NCBI GenBank assembly: GCA_041941365.1
Contig: JBGTQK010000012.1
Location: 13,415 to 77,414 of the forward strand
DNA: 64,000 nt
Direction of reading: 5' to 3'
DNA from: Cellvibrionales bacterium
Lineage (GTDB): Bacteria; Pseudomonadota; Gammaproteobacteria; Pseudomonadales; UBA7434
Shown: positions 49,395 to 60,083 of the stretch, piece by piece
Position numbering within the stretch: the stretch's first letter is position 1
Layout: every line of letters starts with the position of its first letter
Notes under the pieces: generated by a model
The model's database searches: none
Seen by the model: only the letters and a program-made list of their open reading frames with translations
Told to the model about the DNA's origin: nothing
Position numbers and translations under genes: made by a program

Positions 49395-51332
49395 CTAATC
49401 TTTTACTTCGGCCCTGCTACGTTGATCTATTGCCTTTTGCATTAAACCTGATAGGTTTTCTAAAGACATGCTGCCAAGCTCTTCACCCGACATCGTTCTT
49501 ACCGCAACCGAACCACTTTCCATTTCTTTATCACCCACAACCAGAAGAAACGGCACTCTGTTTAAAGTGTGGGCGCGGATTTTAAAGCCGATCTTCTCAT
49601 TTCTCAAGTCTAAATCTACCCTAAAACCGTGAGAACTCAAGTATTTAGCCACTTTTTCTGCATATTCACCCTGAGTATCGGTGATATTCATCACTACTGC
49701 CTGAATAGGAGCCAACCAAACCGGAAATTTGCCTTCATACTCTTCAATAAGAATGCCGATAAATCGCTCAAATGAGCCTAATATTGCTCTATGAAGCATC
49801 ACTGGTACTTTACGACTGCCGTCCTCAGCAACATATTGGGCATCAAGTCGTTGTGGCATAGAAAAATCAACCTGAATTGTCCCGCACTGCCACACACGAC
49901 CTATACAGTCTTTTAATGAGAATTCGATTTTAGGACCATAAAAGGCGCCCTCTCCAGGAAGTTCCTGCCAGTCCAAACCCTTGTTATCTAAAGCCATCGC
50001 AAGTGCTTTTTCTGATTTATCCCAAATTTCATCTGCTCCTACCCGTTGTTCAGGCCGAGTCGAAAGCTTAACTAAAATGTTAGTGAAACCAAAATCCTGA
50101 TAAACGCTGTATAACAAATCAATAAAGGTTGAAACCTCTTCCTGAATAGTATCTTCTTCACAAAAAATATGCCCATCATCCTGTACAAAACCGCGTACAC
50201 GCATTATGCCTGATAAAGTACCTGAAGCTTCGTTTCGATGGCAACTGCCAAACTCAGCCAAACGCAATGGCAAGTCTCGATAACTTTTTAAGCCCTGATT
50301 GAAGACTTGTATATGACAAGGACAATTCATTGGTTTAACTGCGTAATCCCGTGACTCGCTCTCAATAGTAAACATATTATCGGCGAACTTGTCCCAATGA
50401 CCCGACTTTTCCCATAACGTGCGATCGACTACTTGCGGTGTTTTTATTTCCTGATAACCATTATCCCTTTGTACTTTGCGAATATACTGCTCTATCGCTT
50501 GATATATTGCCCAACCGTTTGGATGCCAAAACACCATTCCTGGTGCTTCTTCTTGCAGATGAAACAAATCTAACTTTTTACCTATTTTGCGATGGTCACG
50601 CTTTTCTGCCTCTTCTAAAAACTGTAAATGTTTTTTTAAGGCTTTTTTATCTGCAAATGCTACACCATAAATTCGTTGCAACTGCTGTTTATCATTGTCA
50701 CCTCGCCAATAAGCCCCGGAAACACGCATTAACTTAAAATGCTGGCAGTGACGCATATTCGGTACATGCGGGCCACGACACATGTCTGTGTACTCTTCAT
50801 GATGATAAAGGCCTGGTGTTGCGTCTTTGGGAATATCTTGATCCAGAATTTCGAGCTTGTAAGTTTCCCCTCTCCTAGAAAAAGTATCATAGGCTTCCTG
50901 CCAACTTACTGTTTTTTTTATAACTGCATACTCTTTTTTTACCAGCTCCAGCATGCGAAGCTCTAGTGCTTCTATATCTGCATCACTCAAGCTATGATCA
51001 AGATCAACATCATAATAAAAACCGTTTTCTATCGTAGGACCTATTGCCATTTTCGCATCTGGCCAAAGCTGTTTTATTGCATGGCCCACCAAATGTGCAC
51101 AGCTATGACGAATAATCTCCAATCCATCTTCATCCTTCGCTGTAAAAAGTGTTAATGACGCATCCTCCGTAATCAAATCACTAGCATCTCGACGTTCGCC
51201 ATTAACACGTCCACCCAGGGTGGCTTTTGCCAGGCCAGAACCGATTGACTCTGCTACCTGCATCACTGTTATTGATGATTCATATTTTTTTTCACTACCA
51301 TCGGGCAATGTAATTACAACAGGATTTGACAT
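49395..51332 (-). CDS. thrS: Threonyl-tRNA synthetase
   Basis: TGS domain, [31 protein letters not shown]; start set at MSNP (51332). Confidence 0.98.
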   Translation of the reverse strand: MSNPVVITLPDGSEKKYESSITVMQVAESIGSGLAKATLGGRVNGERRDASDLITEDASLTLFTAKDEDGLEIIRHSCAHLVGHAIKQLWPDAKMAIGPTIENGFYYDVDLDHSLSDADIEALELRMLELVKKEYAVIKKTVSWQEAYDTFSRRGETYKLEILDQDIPKDATPGLYHHEEYTDMCRGPHVPNMRHCQHFKLMRVSGAYWRGDNDKQQLQRIYGVAFADKKALKKHLQFLEEAEKRDHRKIGKKLDLFHLQEEAPGMVFWHPNGWAIYQAIEQYIRKVQRDNGYQEIKTPQVVDRTLWEKSGHWDKFADNMFTIESESRDYAVKPMNCPCHIQVFNQGLKSYRDLPLRLAEFGSCHRNEASGTLSGIMRVRGFVQDDGHIFCEEDTIQEEVSTFIDLLYSVYQDFGFTNILVKLSTRPEQRVGADEIWDKSEKALAMALDNKGLDWQELPGEGAFYGPKIEFSLKDCIGRVWQCGTIQVDFSMPQRLDAQYVAEDGSRKVPVMLHRAILGSFERFIGILIEEYEGKFPVWLAPIQAVVMNITDTQGEYAEKVAKYLSSHGFRVDLDLRNEKIGFKIRAHTLNRVPFLLVVGDKEMESGSVAVRTMSGEELGSMSLENLSGLMQKAIDQRSRAEVKD

Positions 51333-51352
51333 ATGCATACCTTTTTTCAGTG

Positions 51353-51373
51353 GTGACCCCTACCAAAGGCCAC
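51353..51373 (-). promoter_or_regulatory. thrS translational operator (tRNA-Thr anticodon-arm mimic)
   Basis: Minus strand GTGGCC-T-TTGGTAG-G-GGTCAC, 7-nt loop centred on Thr anticodon GGU, just upstream of the RBS, as in E. coli thrS domain 2. Confidence 0.75.
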
Positions 51374-51405
51374 ATGTTTATTTACTTCTGAATATGTTAT
51401 CAAAT

Positions 51406-51433
51406 AAAAACCCCGCAATTAGCGAGGTTTTTT
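51406..51433. terminator. Hairpin flanked by A and T runs, probable grxD terminator
   Basis: AAAAACCCCGC-AATTA-GCGAGGTTTTTT. Confidence 0.55.
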
Positions 51434-51544
51434 AATAAACAATATCCGAAATACTATCAAAACAATATATGAACAACGTTACAAGCGTTACTTTGAATAA
51501 AAGATTATCCAGTTTTTTTCTATTAAAGACTAACTGTCACCCAA

Positions 51545-51880
51545 TTAATCGTTACTTGGGACAGCCTCATCAATAATTGATTGTAACTCACCATTTTGTG
51601 CCATATCAGTCACAATATCACAACCACCAACCAGTTCACCGTTAACCCAAAGCTGCGGAAACGTTGGCCAATTGGCATATTTTGGAAGGTTAGCACGAAT
51701 TTCAGGGTTAGATAGCACATCTACGTAAGCAAAACGCTTACCGCAAGTCATCAACACTTCTACTGTGCGTGCCGAGAATCCACATTGTGGTGCATCTGGT
51801 GAACCTTTCATATACAAAATGACTGGATTGTTCTCAACCTGATCTTTAATGGTTACCATGATATCCGTTTGAGTTTCCAT
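51545..51880 (-). CDS. grxD: Monothiol glutaredoxin Grx4
   Basis: MKG..PQCGFS, WPTFPQL, GGCDI. Confidence 0.96.
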   Translation of the reverse strand: METQTDIMVTIKDQVENNPVILYMKGSPDAPQCGFSARTVEVLMTCGKRFAYVDVLSNPEIRANLPKYANWPTFPQLWVNGELVGGCDIVTDMAQNGELQSIIDEAVPSND

Positions 51881-52032
51881 GCGTGTTTCCCCTACCTAAA
51901 ACATTCAACTGATTCAATAAACAATAAAATTTGCTGCAGTTTAACGTGAGTATTTAATACAACAAAGCTCATAGCGCTATTCTAGCCTGCAACTCATGAT
52001 TTTTGACCCTAATTTGTACCTCGATCCAACAT

Positions 52033-52095
52033 TTGCACAGAGAAACATTCTACGCTAGCATTTTGTATCAGGGCGGCCTGAGGCCGCCTTTTTTT
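52033..52095 (+). promoter_or_regulatory. Sigma70-like promoter followed by a terminator-like hairpin upstream of argD
   Basis: TTGCAC-N17-TAGCAT (52033-52061); GGCGGCC-TGA-GGCCGCC-T7 (52072-52095). Confidence 0.55.
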
Positions 52096-52120
52096 ATTTG
52101 GATAGAATGAAGATATCGCC

Positions 52121-53317
52121 ATGTCTGAAGACAAACATTTAATGACAACTTATAACAGACTCCCCGTCCAATTCGTACGTGGCGAAGGTAACTGGCTTAT
52201 CGATAACAATGGTAACCGCTATTTTGATGCCTTATGTGGAATCAGTGTAACAAGCCTGGGCCATAATCACCCTACTTTTGTTAATGCTGTTCAGGATCAG
52301 GTTGCCACCCTCACCCATACCTCTAACCTTTTTGAAATAGGCCTTCAGGAAGAACTTGCAAAAACACTCTGTCATGCAAGTGGAATGGATAAAGCTTTCT
52401 TTTGTAACTCGGGCACTGAAGCAAACGAGGCAGCAATAAAGCTAGCCAGATTGCACTATAACAATACTGTCCAGGACTCGGCACCACCGGCAATTATCAC
52501 TTTTGAAGGTGGTTTTCATGGCAGAACACTTGGTGCTATTGCTGCAACTGCTAACAGAAAAATAAAAGCTGGTTTTGAACCACAGCTCGAGCAGTTTATT
52601 CATCTTCCTCTTAACGATGAAACTGCACTCCAAAAAACGTTTAAAGAATATAAAAATATAGCAGCAGTACTTATTGAACCAGTCCAAGGCGAAGGCGGTA
52701 TCAATATTGCGTCTCCAGAATTCCTGACGTGTATTCAGCAGCTTTGCCAAGCACATAATGCACTGTTTATGCTTGATGAGGTACAATCTGGTAATGCTCG
52801 TTGTGGTAAATATTTTGCTTTTCAACTGCATGAAAACACAGAACATGAACTCAACCCAGACGTTGTCACCACAGCAAAAGGGTTAGGAAATGGTTTTCCA
52901 ATTGGCGCCTGCCTGGCACAAGGAAAAGCAGCTAACGTAATGTCTCCAGGCAAGCATGGCACTACTTTTGGTGGTAACCCTCTAGCCTGCCGCGCTTCAC
53001 TTGCCGTGCTTGATGTGATCCAAAATGAACAATTAGCCGATAACGCTGGTAAAATGGGGCGTTATCTGGCTGATAGATTTCAAGAAAACCTCAGAGATGA
53101 ACCTCTATTTTCTTGTATACGTCAACAAGGTTTGATGTTAGGAATAGAATTAACAATCTCATGTTCCGAACTTGTAAAAAAAGGCCTCGAAAATGGTATT
53201 GTGATTAACGTAACAGCTGATAAGGTGATTCGCCTTCTGCCTGCGCTTAACATTACCGTAGTCGATGCAGACTTAATTGTCGATAAGGTTACCTCATTAA
53301 TTAAAAGCTTTAAATAA
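52121..53317 (+). CDS. argD: Acetylornithine aminotransferase
   Basis: [43 protein letters not shown]; upstream of argF. Confidence 0.92.
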   Translation: MSEDKHLMTTYNRLPVQFVRGEGNWLIDNNGNRYFDALCGISVTSLGHNHPTFVNAVQDQVATLTHTSNLFEIGLQEELAKTLCHASGMDKAFFCNSGTEANEAAIKLARLHYNNTVQDSAPPAIITFEGGFHGRTLGAIAATANRKIKAGFEPQLEQFIHLPLNDETALQKTFKEYKNIAAVLIEPVQGEGGINIASPEFLTCIQQLCQAHNALFMLDEVQSGNARCGKYFAFQLHENTEHELNPDVVTTAKGLGNGFPIGACLAQGKAANVMSPGKHGTTFGGNPLACRASLAVLDVIQNEQLADNAGKMGRYLADRFQENLRDEPLFSCIRQQGLMLGIELTISCSELVKKGLENGIVINVTADKVIRLLPALNITVVDADLIVDKVTSLIKSFK

Positions 53318-53343
53318 AAGCCTACCGAAGACTAAATTGTTAT

Positions 53344-54258
53344 TTGACTACCATGAAAAATATTCGCCACTTTTTATCTCTCTTGGATTGCACGCCTGAA
53401 GAATTAAACGGCATTATAAAACATGCAATCGAATTAAAAAAATTGCCTTTGAACGAAAACTTTAAAGGAAAAGTGTTAGGAATGATCTTCGACAAATCCT
53501 CCACACGTACCCGAATTTCATTTGAGTCTGGAATGGCTCAGATGGGTGGCCATGCAATTTTTCTCGCTTCACGCGATACTCAACTTGGTCGTGGAGAACC
53601 TGTTGAAGATAGCGCTCGAGTAATATCATCCATGGTCGATTTATTGATGATTCGCACGTTTGAACATAACATCATTGAAACATTTGCCGAATACTCAAGC
53701 GTCCCTGTTATTAATGCACTAACGGACGACTTTCATCCATGCCAGCTTTTGGCTGACATCATGACCTATGTTGAGCATCGCGGCAGCATTCAGGGAAAAA
53801 CCGTTGCATGGGTCGGCGACGGCAATAATATGTGTAATTCCTATATCAACGCAGCAAAACAATTTGATTTTGAATTACGTATAGCAACGCCAGAAAATTT
53901 CGCTCCCAATAATTCATTGTTAGAAAAAAATAAAGATCGTCTTTATTTAACAAACAAACCGGAAGAAGCAGTTAAAAACGTAGATTTGGTGACTACCGAT
54001 ACATGGACATCAATGGGGCAAGAAGAAGAGAAACAAAAGCGATTAAATGCTTTTTCTGGTTACAAGGTGGACCACGAACTGATGAGTCATGCCAAATCTG
54101 ATGCCTTGTTTATGCACTGTTTGCCTGCCTATCGAGGCTATGAAGTGAGTGCAGAGCTGATCGAAGATCCCAGTATTAGCGTTGTATGGGATGAAGCTGA
54201 AAATCGCCTTCATGCTCAAAAAAGTTTAATGGAATTTTTAGCCCAACACTCTTCTTAG
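53344..54258 (+). CDS. argF: Ornithine carbamoyltransferase
   Basis: SSTRTR, HPCQ, WTSMG, FMHCLPA, AENRLH. Confidence 0.97.
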   Translation: MTTMKNIRHFLSLLDCTPEELNGIIKHAIELKKLPLNENFKGKVLGMIFDKSSTRTRISFESGMAQMGGHAIFLASRDTQLGRGEPVEDSARVISSMVDLLMIRTFEHNIIETFAEYSSVPVINALTDDFHPCQLLADIMTYVEHRGSIQGKTVAWVGDGNNMCNSYINAAKQFDFELRIATPENFAPNNSLLEKNKDRLYLTNKPEEAVKNVDLVTTDTWTSMGQEEEKQKRLNAFSGYKVDHELMSHAKSDALFMHCLPAYRGYEVSAELIEDPSISVVWDEAENRLHAQKSLMEFLAQHSS

Positions 54259-54285
54259 TTTAAGAAAAAAATATTCCATTAAATA

Positions 54286-57200
54286 CTATTTCTCCAGCAC
54301 TCTATAACTTATCCAACCTATACCAACAAATAATATAAACGCACTCCAAAATGGGAATGGGATAGTTATCATTTCTGGTGTAGACAAGGCGTCTAGAGGA
54401 TCTGAGCCTTGCGCAACTTCAACACCATCATTAAATCCATCATCATCACTGTCTTCATCTAGAGTATTTGTACCTAAAGCTGTTTCTTCTTCATCAGACA
54501 AGCTATCGTTATCATCATCCACATCACAAGCATCCCCTTGTGTATCGTTATCGTAATTAGCCTGATCCTGATTTGCCACTGCATTACAATTATCATTACC
54601 ATCTGTCACAGTATCTTCATCACGATCTAATGCCATGCGATAACCTGAACCAGGAACAGCGCAGGTATAGGTCAAATCACTATCTAAAGCCAAAGCCCTT
54701 AATGAATTTTGAGTAATAATGGCTCCTGTATCATCCAGATAGAATCCTGCTGGCTGCATTAGCCAACCTCTTGGCTGCCCAGAGACAACACCTTTTACAA
54801 CAAGATCACACTCTGTTGTGATCCCGCCAAGAATATTAGAAGTAAAACTGGTTTGTGCACGGGATTGAAGCAAGTCTACCCGCGGATTAGCAACCAAAGC
54901 ATTACTGGAGGTTAATGTCACTTGTTGACCCACAATCGGTGCTAAATCTGACGGAAAAGCCAATATAAACTCTTCTAACTCTTCTATTTCAGTATTTGTA
55001 AGCACACCAAAAATAGGTGCCTGAAGAAACTCTGCTATCGAAGGCATGCTGCCATCATGCAAAAAACCAAATCCACGTATTCTGTCTCCATTACCATATG
55101 AACCCACCTTATCATAAAGATTTCTAAGGTGTGGAATCTTCATATTCTGTTTCAAACCTTCAAAAGATTCATCGCCACCTGTTCCAAAGAACCCATTTGA
55201 TGGGTCCAAACTATGGCAGTTATTACAAGTAATTCTAAGAAAATCGTTAGGGTCAAAACCAAATACGGATCCACCTGTAAAGAATGCAATATCAACGCTT
55301 GCATCATTCATATAATGTTGTTGTGCAGAAGCTTGAGTCGTTGTAAGAGAATTATCCAGATTTGCTACAGGGTTTGGTGGCAAAATCATTTGCAATGCAA
55401 AATCCGTAAACTGTTGCATTTCAGCAGGTGTTATAGTCCCATCTTTACCTAACAAGCCTTCAAAGGCGGGAAAAAAATTATTAAATGATAGCTCTTCATC
55501 ACATTTGGAACCTGTTGCATCAGTACAGGGATCTGTACCCAAAACCCCATCGACTCTATCACCGCGCCAATGCATTCCTCCATTATTCGCCATTCCTTTT
55601 AAAGTCTGAGTAGCCATCGGTCCTTTTACAGGATGAAAGGGTAATGACTCAGAAACGTCCATCACTGCAAATTGAAGCAATTGAGCATTGATCAACTCCC
55701 CTATTTTTCCATTCTGGTTGTTTACGCCCGGCTCTTCATCCGGATTTCCTAAATTCCAGGCCAGCTGGTCCATACCACCAAAAATATGACAGCTCGCACA
55801 TGATGATTCTCCATTACCCGAAGAAATCTGACCATCATATAAAAACTGACGACCTACCGTAACACTAGCAGGCTCAGGATCATTTATAGTATGTTGCGCA
55901 ACAACAGTTGATGTAGAAAGGTCAACCTCAGCAATACTGTGATCAATTCTCTGCATTACATACAATTTACTTCTGGCCTCATCTAACACTAAACCTGTGG
56001 GACCACTTGCCACATTAATATAATTTACACTTTCTGTCGTTGGATCAAAATTGCTAGCAAACGAAGGATCTTCTATATCACTGGCAGAAAACACACCAAC
56101 CTTATTAGAGCCTTTGGCAGCCATATAGATAGTTGTTCCATCATTACTCACTACCATTTGCATAGGTAAAGACAATGTATGCGGCCTCATTGCAACAATA
56201 TCTGCATCAATTTGCGGGTCATTTGCTGTATGCAGTTTTGAATAATCAATATGATTATTCAAATGTTTTGGTGACACTGTCGTTGCAACAGGGTCAATCA
56301 CTGTGATGCGTGTTTCTGATAAGCGCCCTTGCACTGTCGATCCACCAAAAACACCTGGTCCCTCAAACGAAGTTAAATTCGGCGATTCGGTATTACTGAC
56401 ATACAATTTACCCGTTACAGGATTCACTGTCATATTAAATAAAATTGTCCCCACGCCAGAATAGGCAACTTCATTCAAGTTATTTAAGCCTGTCGCATTA
56501 GCATTAAACGCAAATACATCTTTATCTGGCATAGTAAAATTAACTACAGAAGACCAATCTCTATTTTTTGCATCAAGCCACTGACTACCATTAAATTGAA
56601 CAATAATACTGGTTTCAGGAGAATCATCACCATGGACATTTGTTGCTGGCCCAATCGCACCTCCAGGAGCACCCGGCCCACAATTACTACCGCCCGAGTT
56701 TTGAAAACCATCACAAACCCGCTCTTCTGGAATTGACGTTGTTTGGTTACCAGATTTAAACGCTGCAACGTAAACAGTATTACCGTCCGGGCTAACAGTT
56801 AAAGCACGTGGTGTATCTGAAAAGAAAGTGGCTATAAACAAAGGTGTGCCACCCACTGCAGAGTCTACCCCTAAATTCGCAACATCAAATACCCATACAT
56901 CAGCACGCCCAACTCCTGCAGTAGTTAGCTGAGGATCACCCGCTCCTGGCACAGATGAAATCGATGCATCTGTCAGGTGTTGGCCTCGATGCGCTGTACT
57001 AATAAAAACCCTGCCGTTATTTGTACCCGCAAAAACAATATCTCTGGGTTCATCCCCCACCAACAGTGTTTGAGATACAAATGCATGATCCCCACTCACG
57101 TCCACCACACTAACACTATCAGAAAGGTGATTAACCACCCACACTTCATCATTGCTTCTTGCAGCTACTGCTACTGGTTCCAGACCTACAGGAACAGATG

Positions 57201-57429
57201 AGTTATATACCAAGCCCTCATTACTGATATCGTATATCTCGAGTCGGTTATCAGGTGTATTTACTGCATACAATTGACTACCATCTGGTGACATCACAAT
57301 AGGCCTGACATGACCACTTTCAAACAGATAATAAGAAGATTGTGCTTGTATATGTGATGCAGGAATAATCAGACACAACACTATCAGAATATTCTTAAGA
57401 TGCGCTTTTATTGAATTATCTTTTTTCAT
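54286..57429 (-). CDS. Exported YVTN-like beta-propeller plus diheme cytochrome c protein with TSP3 repeats and C-terminal TM anchor
   Basis: Signal peptide; LYAVNT, VWVVN and LYVSNT repeats; CASCH and CNNCH; KIPHLRNLY..FLHDG; Asp-rich DxDxD repeats; tail ITIPFPFWSAFILFVGIGWISYRVLEK. Confidence 0.8.
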   Translation of the reverse strand: MKKDNSIKAHLKNILIVLCLIIPASHIQAQSSYYLFESGHVRPIVMSPDGSQLYAVNTPDNRLEIYDISNEGLVYNSSVPVGLEPVAVAARSNDEVWVVNHLSDSVSVVDVSGDHAFVSQTLLVGDEPRDIVFAGTNNGRVFISTAHRGQHLTDASISSVPGAGDPQLTTAGVGRADVWVFDVANLGVDSAVGGTPLFIATFFSDTPRALTVSPDGNTVYVAAFKSGNQTTSIPEERVCDGFQNSGGSNCGPGAPGGAIGPATNVHGDDSPETSIIVQFNGSQWLDAKNRDWSSVVNFTMPDKDVFAFNANATGLNNLNEVAYSGVGTILFNMTVNPVTGKLYVSNTESPNLTSFEGPGVFGGSTVQGRLSETRITVIDPVATTVSPKHLNNHIDYSKLHTANDPQIDADIVAMRPHTLSLPMQMVVSNDGTTIYMAAKGSNKVGVFSASDIEDPSFASNFDPTTESVNYINVASGPTGLVLDEARSKLYVMQRIDHSIAEVDLSTSTVVAQHTINDPEPASVTVGRQFLYDGQISSGNGESSCASCHIFGGMDQLAWNLGNPDEEPGVNNQNGKIGELINAQLLQFAVMDVSESLPFHPVKGPMATQTLKGMANNGGMHWRGDRVDGVLGTDPCTDATGSKCDEELSFNNFFPAFEGLLGKDGTITPAEMQQFTDFALQMILPPNPVANLDNSLTTTQASAQQHYMNDASVDIAFFTGGSVFGFDPNDFLRITCNNCHSLDPSNGFFGTGGDESFEGLKQNMKIPHLRNLYDKVGSYGNGDRIRGFGFLHDGSMPSIAEFLQAPIFGVLTNTEIEELEEFILAFPSDLAPIVGQQVTLTSSNALVANPRVDLLQSRAQTSFTSNILGGITTECDLVVKGVVSGQPRGWLMQPAGFYLDDTGAIITQNSLRALALDSDLTYTCAVPGSGYRMALDRDEDTVTDGNDNCNAVANQDQANYDNDTQGDACDVDDDNDSLSDEEETALGTNTLDEDSDDDGFNDGVEVAQGSDPLDALSTPEMITIPFPFWSAFILFVGIGWISYRVLEK

Positions 57430-57762
57430 TTTTATTAATCTTTTCTCGTTACTAAACGTGAATGGTTAGTCTATATAACATAGACAGCATGCTATAGTGT
57501 TCGTATGAGCCAAAAAAGCCAAGAACTGTGCCTAATTTATTATTTAAAAAATTATCATTATTAAACCCAGGATTAATCTAACACTGATAGCGAAACATTT
57601 ATAATTAGAATTCTATCGATAGCGTTGGATTAATTTCTTGTTGATTCATACTGTTACATTTTTTTAATAAAAGCAAGGCCCTCCAATTAAATATTATTAA
57701 TTTTTGTCTCTACGTCTATTATTTTTACATGGTATATGTAACTGAACACTGTAAATATTATT

Positions 57763-59241
57763 TTAAGCCAATACTTTTGAAACAGCCTGTTTCCAGCCTT
57801 CATATAATTGGTTAGCTTTAGCCTGGCTTATCAGTGGTTTATATTGCGCCGCTAATCGCCAGTTTTCCGCCATATCCTCAACAGATTTAAAAACACCGAC
57901 CTGTAAACCTGCAAGACTTGCCGCCCCCCATGCTGTCGCTTCGGTTACCATTGGTACTTCAACTTCCACCTGAAGAACGTCTGCCAAAAACTGACAGACA
58001 AACTTGTTTGTGACCAAACCACCATCTACCCTGAAACGTGAAGGTAATTTTGCTCCATCAGCAACCATAGCTTCTACCAGATCTCTTGTCTGATACGCTT
58101 GCGCCTCGAGAGCGGCCCTCACAAAATGTGCTTTTTGTGTCCCTCTTGTGATACCAGTGAATAAGCCTCGAGCATCAGGTTGCCAGTAAGGTGCACCAAG
58201 ACCTGTCAGCGCTGGAACAAAATAAACACCATCGTTAGATTCAACAGACATAGCTAAACTTTCTGTTTCAGCTGCATTCTGAATAATACCCAACCCATCT
58301 CGCAGCCATTGAATCGCAGAACCCGCCACAAAAATAGAACCTTCAAGTGCAAAATATACCTCTCCATTTATCCGATAAGCCGTTGTTGCCAATAAACGAT
58401 TTTTAGATTGGAGCACTTCTGTTCCTGTGTGCATCAACATAAAACAACCTGTACCATATGTTGACTTCATACCACCGTTTGATAAACAGGCTTGCCCGAC
58501 AAGTGCCGATTGTTGATCACCTATTAAAGAGGCTATTGGTATTCTTTTTTGAAAACAGCTTTTATCTGTCTGACCAATATCTGAAATATTATCAATCACC
58601 TCGGGTAACATACACTGAGGAATATCAAACAGTTTGAGTAAATCCTGATCCCAACATTGCTGATGAATATTAAACAATAAGGTTCTTGAAGCATTACTGG
58701 CATCAGATACATGTTTTTTACCCGCCGTTAAATGCCACACCAGATAACTTTCTACTGTACCAAACAAAAGGTCACCCGCTTCCGCTTTTTCTCTAGCACC
58801 AGCAATATGTTCCAAAATCCAGCAAATCTTGCTGGCACAAAAATACGGATCGATTAATAACCCGGTCTTTTTTGTAATTTGATTCTCGCAACCACTTTTT
58901 TTTAATTCCTCGCAAAAATTTGCTGTTCGTCTATCTTGCCAAACGATAGCGTTGTAAATGGGTTTACCTGTTATTTTATCCCAAATAATCGTCGTCTCTC
59001 GCTGGTTAGTAATGCCTAACGCAGCTATCTCATAGGGCTCGTTTTCAATAACCTCTCTACTTACTTCTAATACATCCTGCCATATATCGTTAGCATCCTG
59101 CTCCACCCATCCCTGCTCGGGATAATGTAAAGTCAGTTCTTTCTGCGCTACTTTCAGGATTTCTCCATTGCTTGTGAATAAAATAGCACGGCTACTTGTA
59201 GTTCCTTGATCAATTGCCAGTAACACAGATTCAGATTTCAT
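57763..59241 (-). CDS. glpK: Glycerol kinase
   Basis: LAIDQGTTSSR, GITNQRET, WQDRRT, GDQQ, KSTYGTG, GLGAPYW. Confidence 0.97.
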   Translation of the reverse strand: MKSESVLLAIDQGTTSSRAILFTSNGEILKVAQKELTLHYPEQGWVEQDANDIWQDVLEVSREVIENEPYEIAALGITNQRETTIIWDKITGKPIYNAIVWQDRRTANFCEELKKSGCENQITKKTGLLIDPYFCASKICWILEHIAGAREKAEAGDLLFGTVESYLVWHLTAGKKHVSDASNASRTLLFNIHQQCWDQDLLKLFDIPQCMLPEVIDNISDIGQTDKSCFQKRIPIASLIGDQQSALVGQACLSNGGMKSTYGTGCFMLMHTGTEVLQSKNRLLATTAYRINGEVYFALEGSIFVAGSAIQWLRDGLGIIQNAAETESLAMSVESNDGVYFVPALTGLGAPYWQPDARGLFTGITRGTQKAHFVRAALEAQAYQTRDLVEAMVADGAKLPSRFRVDGGLVTNKFVCQFLADVLQVEVEVPMVTEATAWGAASLAGLQVGVFKSVEDMAENWRLAAQYKPLISQAKANQLYEGWKQAVSKVLA

Positions 59242-59570
59242 AACATTTACCCTGCCTTTCTTATCTTTAAATTTTGCATTAATAAAAGATTGTATTTACC
59301 TTCAATGCTAGAAAATGCACAAAAATAGGTCGTTCACCAATTACGCCTTAAACACACCTAACACGTTATAACCATCTCATTTATAAAACATTTCAAACTT
59401 AATGTTATGTTGAAAGTACCAATATGTTTTTAAAAATGCCTGCTTACATACTTACTCATGAAAAAAATAATAAATAACAAATTTTTTTCCTTAGCATTTC
59501 CAGGCTGGCCTATTTCATTCACATTACGATCCTACTGAGCCTAACCGTGAGTATCTACCAACCTTTAAAA

Positions 59571-59579
59571 TTATCCACA
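59571..59579 (+). promoter_or_regulatory. DnaA box upstream of nrdA
   Basis: Perfect TTATCCACA; a second copy at 59948-59956. Confidence 0.7.
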
Positions 59580-59628
59580 GCAATTCCACAAGTAAAGCTA
59601 TATTTTACTACTTGCGTTTTCGCCTAAA

Positions 59629-59676
59629 GCGCACTATCTTGTGTTTATGTTCAGTGTTACACCCAATATATAGCGT
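59629..59676. promoter_or_regulatory. Tandem NrdR boxes
   Basis: GCGCACTATCTTGTGT (59629-59644) and ACCCAATATATAGCGT (59661-59676), starts 32 bp apart, upstream of nrdA. Confidence 0.75.
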
Positions 59677-60083
59677 TGAACCTGTATAAAACAAGATCAT
59701 TAAACATTGCTCTTTTAATCCTCTGTTTGGCTTTTTCAAAAAGCCAATTTAATGGATAAACGACGTTTAGATCCTTTGTACAGGCTTCTCTAAATTGGTT
59801 ATCGTTGTTTAATTATCGCTATTTGGCAATCAGCTAAATAGTAAAAACATAGATGTTGGCGGAGTTATCTTGAGTTCTTCCCCAGAAATTGTGAATCATA
59901 AAGCACACTTTAATATAACACTAATAACGCTCAAAAATGCCTTTAGGTTATCCACAGCGTTCACTAGAAAATACAGATTTTTTGAACAAACAGAGAGCTA
60001 TTACTTCTTATGATTAAGCAATGCTCCCTGTAGTTAGCAGTCATTCAAAACCAAGACAACAAGATATTGAAGGGGTAGAAAAT

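Noticed and set aside
51996-52058. 20-codon ORF MIFDPNLYLDPTFAQRNILR as an argD leader peptide
   Set aside because: No RBS, not Arg-rich, and it overlaps the predicted promoter.
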